In this document: piece by piece, positions 10,246 through 19,302 of the stretch
Position numbering within the stretch: position 1 is the stretch's first letter
Layout: every line of letters begins with the position of its first letter
NCBI GenBank assembly: GCA_022449345.1
Contig: JAKURL010000004.1
Location: forward strand, 19,981 to 83,980
Direction: 5' to 3'
DNA length: 64,000 nt
DNA from: Candidatus Thalassarchaeum sp.
GTDB lineage: Archaea; Thermoplasmatota; Poseidoniia; Poseidoniales; Thalassarchaeaceae
Position numbers and translations under genes: made by a program
Notes under the pieces: generated by a model
The model's input: the letters and a program-made list of their open reading frames with translations, nothing else
Told to the model about the DNA's origin: nothing
Databases searched by the model: none

Positions 10246-10848
10246 GTGCGGTTGTATTATTCCGCCGGCAATAATGAACATGATTGCAGCGATTGACAAA
10301 TCGATATATCTCCAAGCCTCCGGCTTGTTGAGCACCTCTGATAGGCTTCTGGCCCCGTAGCCTAGGGAGAAGAAGAAGACAAATGACGCAGTAGCGGCAC
10401 CAATTCCAAAGGCTAATCTCTCATCTCCAACGTATCTGCTAGAAGCACCTCCAATCAGCAACAGAGTATCGACGTAAACATGCGGATTTAGGAAGGTAAA
10501 AGCAGCCGCAGCGGCTATTGTAGGGGCAAGTTCACTTTCCCCCTCTCCTTCTGTGGACATTCCTACAGGATTGATTGCGGATTTTATTCTCAACAATCCG
10601 TAACTTATCAGGAACATCGAAGCTCCGATTGCTATGGTAAATTCGGCTTCCTGAATTCCTGCTAGTATACTTCCTACGCCTAGGACTCCTGCGGTGATTA
10701 GGGCAGCGTCAAATAACGAACAAGCCAAGCACACAGCAAATACATGCGAGCGCATTAGCCCCTGCCTCATTACGAAGACATTCTGTGGTCCTAGAGCCAA
10801 AATTAGTCCGATACTCAGGGCGAAACCCTCCAAAGCGGAGCCGAACAT
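10240..10848 (-). CDS. LysE/ArgO family amino acid exporter
   Basis: GLILALGPQNVFVMRQG, TFLNPHVYVDT, multiple TMs; start at ATG 10848. Confidence 0.9.
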   Translation of the reverse strand: MFGSALEGFALSIGLILALGPQNVFVMRQGLMRSHVFAVCLACSLFDAALITAGVLGVGSILAGIQEAEFTIAIGASMFLISYGLLRIKSAINPVGMSTEGEGESELAPTIAAAAAFTFLNPHVYVDTLLLIGGASSRYVGDERLAFGIGAATASFVFFFSLGYGARSLSEVLNKPEAWRYIDLSIAAIMFIIAGGIIQPHL

Positions 10849-10903
10849 AGAAAGTCCTCGCGAATGATATTGAAAACCATTGAGGCTCGAATATCGAGGC
10901 CGC

Positions 10904-11059
10904 TCACGCCTTTCGGCGCTCCATGGCCTTCTTTCGAAGTCCTGTGTATCCGCACTTGCGGCATACACGAACCTTGGTGCCGCGGTGGGTGGCGCTACAC
11001 TTCATGCAGATCCACTTGTTGAGCAGGCGTCTCTCTGCCTCTGGAAAGCGCTGAGCCAT
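10904..11059 (-). CDS. rpl40e: 50S ribosomal protein L40e
   Basis: [21 protein letters not shown]...CRKCGY..LR, zinc-binding ribosomal signature. Confidence 0.93.
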   Translation of the reverse strand: MAQRFPEAERRLLNKWICMKCSATHRGTKVRVCRKCGYTGLRKKAMERRKA

Positions 11060-11176
11060 ACAGGCGCGCCGACCTGACACCCCTTCATAATCCATTCCCA
11101 ACCAATACAGGCGTCCAATAAGCAGTCATTGGCCGACCAATGGTTTCATACACCCTCCATAGAGCACATTACTACG

Positions 11177-12523
11177 GTGCCTGCGACGGTCGTGCTCGGA
11201 GTCCAATGGGGCGACGAAGGTAAAGGTAAGGCGATAGACCAGCTCGCCTCTCAATCAACTTGGGCTGTTCGCTTCCAAGGTGGCAACAATGCTGGCCATA
11301 CAATCGTAGTTGGCGATACCACTTTGAAGCTCCATCAGATACCTTCAGGTATCACATCTAGACATTGTAATTTGGCCCTTGGTGATGGTATGGTCATCGA
11401 CCCTTGGGTTCTAGATGAGGAACTTTCTCGTTGGGAGGAACTGACTGGAGAGAGACCGGAAGGGCAGAGACTATTCATCAGTGAGAGAGCCAGCGTGATC
11501 TTGCCTTTCCACAAGTATTACGACAGCGCGGACAAGGTGGTTGGGACAACTGGCAGAGGTATCGGTCCAGCATATCGAGACCGTATCGAGCGTGTTGGAA
11601 TTCGTTTCGCTGATATTGAGGAAGTTCTAGCAGACTCAGGCAGTATTGAGGAGACTGTTGCCAGAATGAATAAGCAACTACAGACAGTAGGTTACGACAA
11701 GCAAATCCAAGTGAATGAACTCAGTTCACAATTACAGTGGATTCTAGATCGCTTTGGTAGCGCAATCAAACCGACTGGGCTGATGGTAGATTTGGCGCTT
11801 AGAAATGGAGAGACTGTTCTTTTGGAAGGTGCTCAAGGTGCACTATTAGATATCGATCAAGGAACTTACCCATTCGTCACCTCAAGTGTAGTTGGCAGAG
11901 CAAATGCAACCCATGGTGCAGGCATTCACCCCGGACATATCACAGAATGTTTTGGAATTACCAAAGCATATTGTACACGCGTAGGAAATGGGCCATTTCC
12001 TAGCGAACTTTCACTTGAGGAGGGACCAGGTAAGCACATGGCCCAGATTGGGCACGAATTTGGAACTACAACAGGTCGTCCTCGTCGCACCGGCTGGCTT
12101 GACATCGTTGCTCTCAAAGATGCACATCGACTTAGTGGCTACACCGGGTTAGTAGTTACCAAGCTGGATGTCCTCGGTGGTTTGGATGAAATCAAAATCT
12201 GTATCGGGTACGAATTGGATGGAAAGCCGATTACACACTTTCCAACCCGTTCCTCTGACGTCGAACGGTGCGTTCCAGTTTACGAGACACACCCAGGTTT
12301 CCCAGCCATGGCGGATGATGACTGGATAGAGATGGCAGAACAGAGTCGTAAGGAAGGTACAGGTTACGATGTTATGCCAGATGCGGTTCGCAATATCATC
12401 GACCGGATTGAGGTACTAAGTGGGATTCCAGTAGTATCGGTTGGCGTAGGTCCGGATAGAAGGGCGTCTATCGCAAAGATAGGAGGTCCCTTTGATATCG
12501 AGTGGGACGAGGCAACCTTCTAA
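11177..12523 (+). CDS. purA: Adenylosuccinate synthetase
   Basis: QWGDEGKGK, RFQGGNNAGHT, GTTGRGIGPAY, EGAQG, GTTTGRPRR; start at GTG 11177. Confidence 0.97.
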   Translation: MPATVVLGVQWGDEGKGKAIDQLASQSTWAVRFQGGNNAGHTIVVGDTTLKLHQIPSGITSRHCNLALGDGMVIDPWVLDEELSRWEELTGERPEGQRLFISERASVILPFHKYYDSADKVVGTTGRGIGPAYRDRIERVGIRFADIEEVLADSGSIEETVARMNKQLQTVGYDKQIQVNELSSQLQWILDRFGSAIKPTGLMVDLALRNGETVLLEGAQGALLDIDQGTYPFVTSSVVGRANATHGAGIHPGHITECFGITKAYCTRVGNGPFPSELSLEEGPGKHMAQIGHEFGTTTGRPRRTGWLDIVALKDAHRLSGYTGLVVTKLDVLGGLDEIKICIGYELDGKPITHFPTRSSDVERCVPVYETHPGFPAMADDDWIEMAEQSRKEGTGYDVMPDAVRNIIDRIEVLSGIPVVSVGVGPDRRASIAKIGGPFDIEWDEATF

Positions 12524-12547
12524 TCGTGGCTTTGCACGGGGTAAGTC

Positions 12548-12838
12548 ATGGGATTCAAGTCCAAGGCCCGCAAGAAGCGTGCAGCGGCAGACGCGGCCGC
12601 TGGCCGAACTGGTAAGGCCAAGAAAGAGGAATTCGTTGGTCAAGTACGATGTAATATCGCTGGCTGTGAAAATTTCGCAGACAAGAAGATTGGAGGCCGC
12701 CGCTTGGCATTCGATCGGGCTGTAGATGTTTGGGGTGAAGATGGAATCGAGGGTCAATCTCGACGCGTATCAATATGCAAATCACACTACCGTGAATGGA
12801 AGAAAGCGACGAAGGACGACTTTGATGAGTGGTCGTAA
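12548..12838 (+). CDS. Small basic putative Zn-binding hypothetical protein
   Basis: C-x4-C (CNIAGC) and C-x2-H (CKSH) pairs, Lys/Arg-rich N-terminus. Confidence 0.7.
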   Translation: MGFKSKARKKRAAADAAAGRTGKAKKEEFVGQVRCNIAGCENFADKKIGGRRLAFDRAVDVWGEDGIEGQSRRVSICKSHYREWKKATKDDFDEWS

Positions 12839-12854
12839 TAGCGAGGTTCATCAC

Positions 12855-14474
12855 ATGTCCCAACCAACCAATGAACCGATACTCGGATACGCCCCTGGAA
12901 GCCAAGAGAGGGAAGATCTGCAAGCAGAGATTGACCATCAGATGAGCGAGGTTATCGAGATACCTTGTATCATCAACGGGGAGGCGGTCTACACTGGAAC
13001 CACGACGACACAGGTAATCCCTCACAAGCACGGCCACATCATCGCCAATGTACACTTGGCTGGAAGAGATGAGATGGAAGCAGCCTGCGAGGCTGCAGTA
13101 AATGCTCAGGAGGCGTGGATCGATCTGGGTCTCGAGGGCCGTTGCGCAATTTTTGAGCGCTGCGCAGACTTACTTGCGGGTGAATGGCGCATGCGCGTCA
13201 ATGCATCTACTATGTTGAATCAGTCTAAGACGGCTTTTCAAGCCGAGATAGACGCCGCTTGCGAACTAATCGATTTTTGGCGCTTCAATTGTCATTACGC
13301 GCGTGGATTCCACGATGATTTCCAGCCTCTGGTCTCGCCAGCGGGCGTGCAGAACTCCACTGAGATTCGCCCGCTGGAAGGCTTCGTTCTCTCGATTACC
13401 CCATTCAATTTCTCGAGCATTGCAGCAAATTTACCGAGTGCGCCAGCGATTGTTGGCTGCACCGGCGTTTGGAAGCCCAGCCGCAATTCCTACCATTCAA
13501 ATTACGTTCTCATGCAACTGATGATGGAAGCTGGTTTACCAGCCGGAGTCATCAACTTCTTGCCCGGTTCAGGTGCTGAAATCACCGAGGTAGCGTTAGC
13601 AAACCCCAACTTCGCCGGCCTACATTTCACTGGCTCGACGGCGACCTTCCAAGGACTCTGGCAAGAGATCGGTCTCGCCCTTCCGCGACTCAATTCCTAT
13701 CCGCGAATTGTAGGAGAGACTGGTGGCAAGGACTTCGTCGTCGCCCATCCAGATTGCGATCGCCAAGGGCTCGTCGTCGCTTTGCTGCGTGGCTCTTTCG
13801 AGTATCAAGGCCAGAAGTGCTCAGCCGCCAGCCGAGCTTACATCGCTCGCTCAGTATGGGATGAAATCCGCGACGACCTCGTCTCTGAAATCTCCAAAAT
13901 CAAGATGGGCGATGCTCGCGATTTCACAAATTTCATGACAGCGGTAATCGACAAGCGAGCTTTCGAAAAGATTGCTGGCTATATCGACCGAGCCAAGGGC
14001 CGCAACTGCTGCACAGTCATCTGCGGCGGAGGATACAATGACTCTGTCGGCTACTTCATCGAACCAACAATCATTGAGACGACAAACCCAACGAGTGAGA
14101 GCATGGTCGAGGAAATATTCGGTCCAGTCCTCACAGTCTATGTCTACGAAGATAACGAGTTCGACGAGGTTCTAACCATGTGTGACAAGGCTTCACCATA
14201 CGCACTCACGGGAAGTATATTCTCAAGCAGCGAAGAGAATATCCAGAAGGCCTACAATGCACTCCGATTTACTGCGGGCAATTTCTACATCAACGACAAA
14301 CCAACCGGCGCAGTCGTCGCACAACAGCCATTTGGCGGTGCACGTGCAAGTGGAACAAACGACAAGGCAGGAGGACCACTCAACCTTCTACGTTGGATTT
14401 CACCTCGCTCAGTCAAGCGCACACTGGATGTTCCACAGGATTGGACATACCCATTCATGGGCGCTGATGAGTAG
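12855..14474 (+). CDS. pruA: L-glutamate gamma-semialdehyde (P5C) dehydrogenase
   Basis: NEPILGYAPGS, AEIDAACELIDFWRFN, ETGGKDF, EYQGQKCSA, NFYINDKPTGAVV; start at ATG 12855. Confidence 0.95.
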   Translation: MSQPTNEPILGYAPGSQEREDLQAEIDHQMSEVIEIPCIINGEAVYTGTTTTQVIPHKHGHIIANVHLAGRDEMEAACEAAVNAQEAWIDLGLEGRCAIFERCADLLAGEWRMRVNASTMLNQSKTAFQAEIDAACELIDFWRFNCHYARGFHDDFQPLVSPAGVQNSTEIRPLEGFVLSITPFNFSSIAANLPSAPAIVGCTGVWKPSRNSYHSNYVLMQLMMEAGLPAGVINFLPGSGAEITEVALANPNFAGLHFTGSTATFQGLWQEIGLALPRLNSYPRIVGETGGKDFVVAHPDCDRQGLVVALLRGSFEYQGQKCSAASRAYIARSVWDEIRDDLVSEISKIKMGDARDFTNFMTAVIDKRAFEKIAGYIDRAKGRNCCTVICGGGYNDSVGYFIEPTIIETTNPTSESMVEEIFGPVLTVYVYEDNEFDEVLTMCDKASPYALTGSIFSSSEENIQKAYNALRFTAGNFYINDKPTGAVVAQQPFGGARASGTNDKAGGPLNLLRWISPRSVKRTLDVPQDWTYPFMGADE

Positions 14475-14506
14475 GTCCGAAGTTTGATTATCCGATTCCC
14501 TTAGGA

Positions 14507-14590
14507 CAATTCAGGGGAGCTTAGTGCTGAGAGGTCATCGAAAGGTGACGACCCTTTGACCTGATCTGGGTAATTCCAGCGGAGGGAGAG
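14507..14590 (+). ncRNA. TPP (thiamine pyrophosphate) riboswitch
   Basis: GGGGAGC..GCTGAGA (TGAGA 14528-14532), GTCATC-GAAA-GGTGAC hairpin, ACCC, GACCTGAT, P5 CTGGG-TAAT-TCCAG, CGGAGGGA; directly upstream of ATG 14593. Confidence 0.93.
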
Positions 14591-14592
14591 AA

Positions 14593-16086
14593 ATGGATAC
14601 GAACATCGCATATGGATTGATGATTGCAACGCTTGGTTTCTTTGGCTATGTCGGATACCAAGCGGCGACAGAAAAAGAACTCGACACCGACGAATATTTG
14701 TCGGCTAGGGGGTCACAAAGTTGGCTGAGAATTGGACTCAGCCTTTTTGCTTCAGGCATGGGCCTTTGGCTGCTGTTTGGCCCTTCAGAGGTAGGATATT
14801 ACGGAGGATTCTGGGAAGTACTTGGGTACGCTATTTCTGCTTCTACACCTTTCCTATTACTCGCATACTTGGGCCCCAAAATACGCTCAATTCTGCCTGA
14901 TGGCGTGACACTGGCAGATTATGTTCGTATACGATTGGGTAGACCTATGCAAATCTACGTGGGCCTCATTTCTATACTCTACATGTTCACTTTCCTATTC
15001 GCTGAATTTACTGCGATTGGTAGGGCAATGAACATACTTTCAGGTATGGAACCATTGTACCCAATCCTCCTAGTGGCCTTAGTGACTGCTGCATACACCA
15101 GTTATGGAGGCTTACCTGCTTCACTACGAACCGATCGCTGGCAAGGTTGGTTGGCCCTATGGTTACTGATTGCCTTACTTTTGATTGTCTTTGGAGGAGA
15201 TGTCAACACCATGATGGAACAAGCCAAGGCACACACGCCAATTCATGCAGAGGAATGGGGTTGGGAACACGGTAGTATCTCTGATTTGAACAAAGATTCT
15301 TTTGAAGCAGGTGTTGCATTAATTCTTGCTATTACGGCAGCCGAGATGTTCTCTCAAGGGAACTGGCAACGCGCCCATGCGGCTGAAAATGATGAGGCAT
15401 TAGTGAAGGGAGCTTGGTTCGCTGCAGCATTGGTATTCCCTTTGATGTTCATAATGGGGTTCCTCGGAACTGTTGTAGCAGGTCAAGGTGCTGTGGAAGA
15501 TCCTTCAGCGGCTTTCTTCTATTTGATTGAAGACGTGCATGTGTTCATCATAGCACTATTTGTTGTTCTAGGGGTCGCGTTGATTTGTTCAAGTGCCGAT
15601 ACATTGCAAAATGCCATCGTTGCTTCAATCAGTCGCGATTTAGCAGATGGGAAAATGGGTCTGAAAACAGCACGCATTGCCACCTTGGCTCTCCTCCCAT
15701 TGGCGATTTTGCTTTCTCTATGGGGTGTCGAAAATGGATACAGTATCTTTGCGATTTTTCTTTTTGCAGATTTGCTAGCGGCTGCAACCGTTCTACCCGT
15801 TTTACTTTCTCTATGGGGACGTGTTGACTCACGTGCTGCATTAGTGGGTGCTATTTCCGGACTCCTTTCAGTAATCGCCTATGGTGTATATGAGCCGGCA
15901 ACCAGTTATGATGGAATTCAACAATATGTCATGTACATCATCTATCCAACGATGGATCCAGTCAATGGGGGTGCGATATCTCCAGTAGATGGTGGCCTGA
16001 CGAATTTGTGGGTTTTCGTATCTGCACTATTGGGTTCTGGCCTTGTCACTGTGCTGGGTTCATACGCTTTGCATGATGAGCAATAA
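14593..16086 (+). CDS. Sodium:solute symporter, probably for thiamine or a thiamine precursor
   Basis: About 13 TMs, YLSARG, SLFASGMG, YTSYGGLPASLRTD, SSADT SSS motifs; TPP riboswitch in its leader. Confidence 0.85.
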   Translation: MDTNIAYGLMIATLGFFGYVGYQAATEKELDTDEYLSARGSQSWLRIGLSLFASGMGLWLLFGPSEVGYYGGFWEVLGYAISASTPFLLLAYLGPKIRSILPDGVTLADYVRIRLGRPMQIYVGLISILYMFTFLFAEFTAIGRAMNILSGMEPLYPILLVALVTAAYTSYGGLPASLRTDRWQGWLALWLLIALLLIVFGGDVNTMMEQAKAHTPIHAEEWGWEHGSISDLNKDSFEAGVALILAITAAEMFSQGNWQRAHAAENDEALVKGAWFAAALVFPLMFIMGFLGTVVAGQGAVEDPSAAFFYLIEDVHVFIIALFVVLGVALICSSADTLQNAIVASISRDLADGKMGLKTARIATLALLPLAILLSLWGVENGYSIFAIFLFADLLAAATVLPVLLSLWGRVDSRAALVGAISGLLSVIAYGVYEPATSYDGIQQYVMYIIYPTMDPVNGGAISPVDGGLTNLWVFVSALLGSGLVTVLGSYALHDEQ

Positions 16087-16088
16087 GC

Positions 16089-16232
16089 ATGGCAGAGCCG
16101 AACAACCATCCCACAGACAACACCTGTGAGATTCCAACCAAGGTGTTCATCTCTGGTCTCTGCCCTGAGTGTGGTGCTTAGGTGGAATTGGAATGGTCAA
16201 ACTGTCCTGAATGTTCCACACAGTTAGGTTGA
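16089..16232 (+). pseudogene. Zinc-ribbon microprotein (CPEC...CPEC) interrupted by an in-frame TAG
   Basis: MAEPNNHPTDNTCEIPTKVFISGLCPECGA*VELEWSNCPECSTQLG*; TAG at 16179-16181, TGA at 16230-16232; ATG 2 nt after symporter stop. Confidence 0.65.
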
Positions 16233-16304
16233 GTATATACTAACCAGTCTTCGGCTAAATTGACAATCGAGCCTTTCAAGGACTAATCTAACACTCGGAC
16301 AATC

Positions 16305-17093
16305 GTGCAGTCAGAGCGCATAACGACTCTGTGGGATAGATTACTCTCCCCTTGGCCGTATGTCTGGGTGCTTCCTTGGAAGTATAGAGAAGCACTCGGG
16401 GGTCATCTATTCCGTGTCCTAGTACTTGTATTCGGATTAGCAGTAGTCGCAGTTCCTTATTTTGGAACAAATATTTGGGCGGCTCAAAATGGAGTAACTG
16501 TTTGGGATCCTGAACTTGCGCTCGATCGTCAAATTCCAGTCATAGGTTGGATGATTGCTCCCTACATGGCGCTCTATCTGTTCTATCCTGCTACTCTGAT
16601 ATGCAATCCAATGGACGATAGACATCGGCTTGAACTGATTTCAGGCATTCAGATGTTATCGATAGCTACTGTCTTCTGTTCTGTGATATTTGTCACACTT
16701 CCCGCAGAAGTGGATATGCGGCATCAACTGGATATGGACGCACTTCGTGGATGGGAAGTTACCCTTTTCGAAACGATGCATTTCATGGACGAACCTTGGA
16801 ATGCTTGGCCCAGTTTGCACATCGCCCATTCGTATTTCCTTGCTAGGGCTATAACTCGATGGATACAAGCCTCATACTCAGACTCGACAGGACGCAAACT
16901 CTTCCTGACTATACTTTGGGTAGAGTTTGTCTTACTATCAATTAGCATACTCACTACCAAGCAACATTACGTTTGGGATCTATTCACGGGTCTGCTAGTA
17001 GGCTTTGCAGGTTGGTACGTAGCCGAGCCAGTTTTGAACAAAGTTAGAGACTTGCCCGAAGGTCAAGTGGAACCATATCCGCGCAATCAATAA
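16305..17093 (+). CDS. PAP2-superfamily membrane protein (IPC-synthase/AUR1-like)
   Basis: LDRQIP, NAWPSLH, TTKQHYVWD catalytic motifs, about 6 TMs. Confidence 0.8.
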   Translation: MQSERITTLWDRLLSPWPYVWVLPWKYREALGGHLFRVLVLVFGLAVVAVPYFGTNIWAAQNGVTVWDPELALDRQIPVIGWMIAPYMALYLFYPATLICNPMDDRHRLELISGIQMLSIATVFCSVIFVTLPAEVDMRHQLDMDALRGWEVTLFETMHFMDEPWNAWPSLHIAHSYFLARAITRWIQASYSDSTGRKLFLTILWVEFVLLSISILTTKQHYVWDLFTGLLVGFAGWYVAEPVLNKVRDLPEGQVEPYPRNQ

Positions 17094-17104
17094 TCAAAAT
17101 CTGG

Positions 17105-19234
17105 CTACTGGTGAACAATGGGTAAGAATGCATTTGCAGCATCCTCACAAGCATTGGCTACATCGTCTAACCTCTGTAAGACTCTATACATGTGGACCGC
17201 AGCCAAAGGATCATCTTGGCCAGTTCGGAATACGAATCCAGCAGCACTACTTTCCACTAGGTCCGCTTCATGCTCAGCCACGTTAACTTCGTGAACTAGT
17301 CTTCCCAATTCCTTACGACCAGCCTTAGTATATCCGGAGAGTGTCAAATCACGCAAGTGTAGGACTGTATCTTCGTAAATCGCAGCAGTCTTCTGAACAG
17401 CGGTTCCCATTTCCATTACCATTTTTCTTGCTTCTTCATTATCGTATAACGGCCGGAATGAGAGTTGTTCTGCAACATTCTGAGCGTAATCTGCAATGCG
17501 ATCTTGTCTGCCCAGCATGTACAGGAATTCATCAGAATTAATCAGCAATTTCCACTCTCTTGCACTCACCTTTTCTCTTAGAGCGTTCTTTATGTCGTCC
17601 GCAACCAACTCAGCATCTATTGTTGCCTGAATTTCTGCAGATGCATCTTCGCCCTTTGTTGCCTTATCTACAGCAGTCAGCATGTGATCAACAGTCACTT
17701 CTACTGCTTCAGCATGCTTGTGGAACAACTCGAACACAGTAGGTTGTTTTGTTCCATCCCCTCCTACATCAGCTAACGCATCCTCGATTACTATCTCCTC
17801 ATCTCTAGTGATCCACAGGACATATGCTACCATGGCAAATGCGATTGGTAATACGACGATTAGATTGATTGCAGTACTTCCCATAGCGACATACAGGGTA
17901 ACTGCTCCGAATCCAGCAGCAGGAAGGCTAGCCACCCATGAGGCGAAAATCTTACCAAAAACTCTGAAATCTACATTTTTGGCTCCACCTGCTAGGCCAA
18001 CTCCAACCACTGCTCCGACTAATGTGTGGGTTGTAGATACTGGGACCGCAAGGAATGGCATTGAGAATACTAGAATTGTAGTAGCCGCACCAAATTCAGC
18101 GGCGAATCCCCTTGTTGGAGTAATATCAGTAATTTTGTGGCCAATAGTTTCCATAACTCTCCACCCCCATGTTACTACACCTATTGCTATACCAGCAGAA
18201 CCAAGCAATATTAGCCAAAGTGGAACATCTACCTTTCCAGCGAGTTCCCCAGGAGTTGAGGTTAACAATTCGAAGACAGTAGCCATGGGTCCGATAGCAT
18301 TGGATCGATCATTTGCTCCGTGCGCGAATGCTACGTAGGCGGCAGTAATGACTTGTAACCAAACAAATATCCTCTCAACACCGTGGAATCCTTCTCCTTG
18401 GAATTCATAATTCCTGAGGACCCAGTATAGAATTAATGAACCAATAATTCCAATGACTAATGCAACCATAATCGCGTTGAATGGAATCCATGCATTTTCC
18501 GCCATTGGGTTCCAAACACCATTTTCTTTGACCGGTAGCCAATCGTACTTATCCGCGATTATACCTTCTCTTTCAAGTCTAGCAATTAGGCCCTTTAGAG
18601 CCTTGAATTGTAAAGCAATACCAAGTACAAAAAAGGTTGGAAGTGCCATAAGTGGGGCCATCCATCTACTTCTTTCAATAGGATTTGGAGCTTCTAAAAT
18701 CGTTGCACGGACAATATAGAATGTGAAGAAAGCAAGCAAACCACCCATTAACGGACTTGCCACCCAAGACAAAACAACTTCAGTCAACTTTTCCCAATTA
18801 ATCAGAGAAGCATCATATTGCACTTCGAGAACTAGTCCGATTCCTACAATTCCTCCAATTATTGAGTGTGTAGTAGATACGGGCAATCCAAATCTAGTTG
18901 CGATTGTAATCCAAATCGCTGCCGCCATCATAGCAGCAATGAATCCGTACATCAGATCATTAGTGAAAGCCGCATTGAAGTAATCCGCCTCTGTATCAAA
19001 GTAGAGTATTCCTTTCCTTACTGTGTCAGTAACGGCATCTCCGGCAAAGAATGCACCCATGAATTCGAAGACTGCAGCAATAATCACCGCTTGCTTCAGA
19101 GTTAATGCTCTTGAACCAACAGAAGTCCCCATCGCATTCGCTACATCATTAGCACCAATGTTCCAAGCCATGTAGGCACAAACGGCAGTTGCAAGAATCA
19201 GGACGAGCCACATTATCGGTTCCATTGCGTCCAC
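17105..19234 (-). CDS. pit: PiT inorganic phosphate transporter fused to C-terminal DUF47/PhoU-div domain
   Basis: GANDVANAMGTSVG, PVSTTHS, AHGANDRSNAIGP; soluble C-terminal helical domain with ELVADDIK, QDRIAD, EHEAD, DDVANACED. Confidence 0.9.
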   Translation of the reverse strand: MDAMEPIMWLVLILATAVCAYMAWNIGANDVANAMGTSVGSRALTLKQAVIIAAVFEFMGAFFAGDAVTDTVRKGILYFDTEADYFNAAFTNDLMYGFIAAMMAAAIWITIATRFGLPVSTTHSIIGGIVGIGLVLEVQYDASLINWEKLTEVVLSWVASPLMGGLLAFFTFYIVRATILEAPNPIERSRWMAPLMALPTFFVLGIALQFKALKGLIARLEREGIIADKYDWLPVKENGVWNPMAENAWIPFNAIMVALVIGIIGSLILYWVLRNYEFQGEGFHGVERIFVWLQVITAAYVAFAHGANDRSNAIGPMATVFELLTSTPGELAGKVDVPLWLILLGSAGIAIGVVTWGWRVMETIGHKITDITPTRGFAAEFGAATTILVFSMPFLAVPVSTTHTLVGAVVGVGLAGGAKNVDFRVFGKIFASWVASLPAAGFGAVTLYVAMGSTAINLIVVLPIAFAMVAYVLWITRDEEIVIEDALADVGGDGTKQPTVFELFHKHAEAVEVTVDHMLTAVDKATKGEDASAEIQATIDAELVADDIKNALREKVSAREWKLLINSDEFLYMLGRQDRIADYAQNVAEQLSFRPLYDNEEARKMVMEMGTAVQKTAAIYEDTVLHLRDLTLSGYTKAGRKELGRLVHEVNVAEHEADLVESSAAGFVFRTGQDDPLAAVHMYRVLQRLDDVANACEDAANAFLPIVHQ

Positions 19235-19302
19235 CGCAACGTCAGGAGTACTTCATAGAGAAGTTGCGTAATCTATATAGTAATAATTAGAATCCCCGAT
19301 TC

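Noticed and set aside
12855..14474. Apparently higher GC/CGC codon usage in pruA as a sign of recent transfer
   Set aside because: Visual impression only, not quantified, and no mobility signatures flank it
14593..16086. Calling the symporter a proline permease (PutP) because it follows pruA
   Set aside because: A TPP riboswitch directly precedes it, which points to a thiamine-related substrate
16179..16181. Evidence for pyrrolysine or genome-wide amber recoding
   Set aside because: TAG is used as a normal stop elsewhere (e.g. pruA, HMG-CoA synthase) and no pyl genes are in the window
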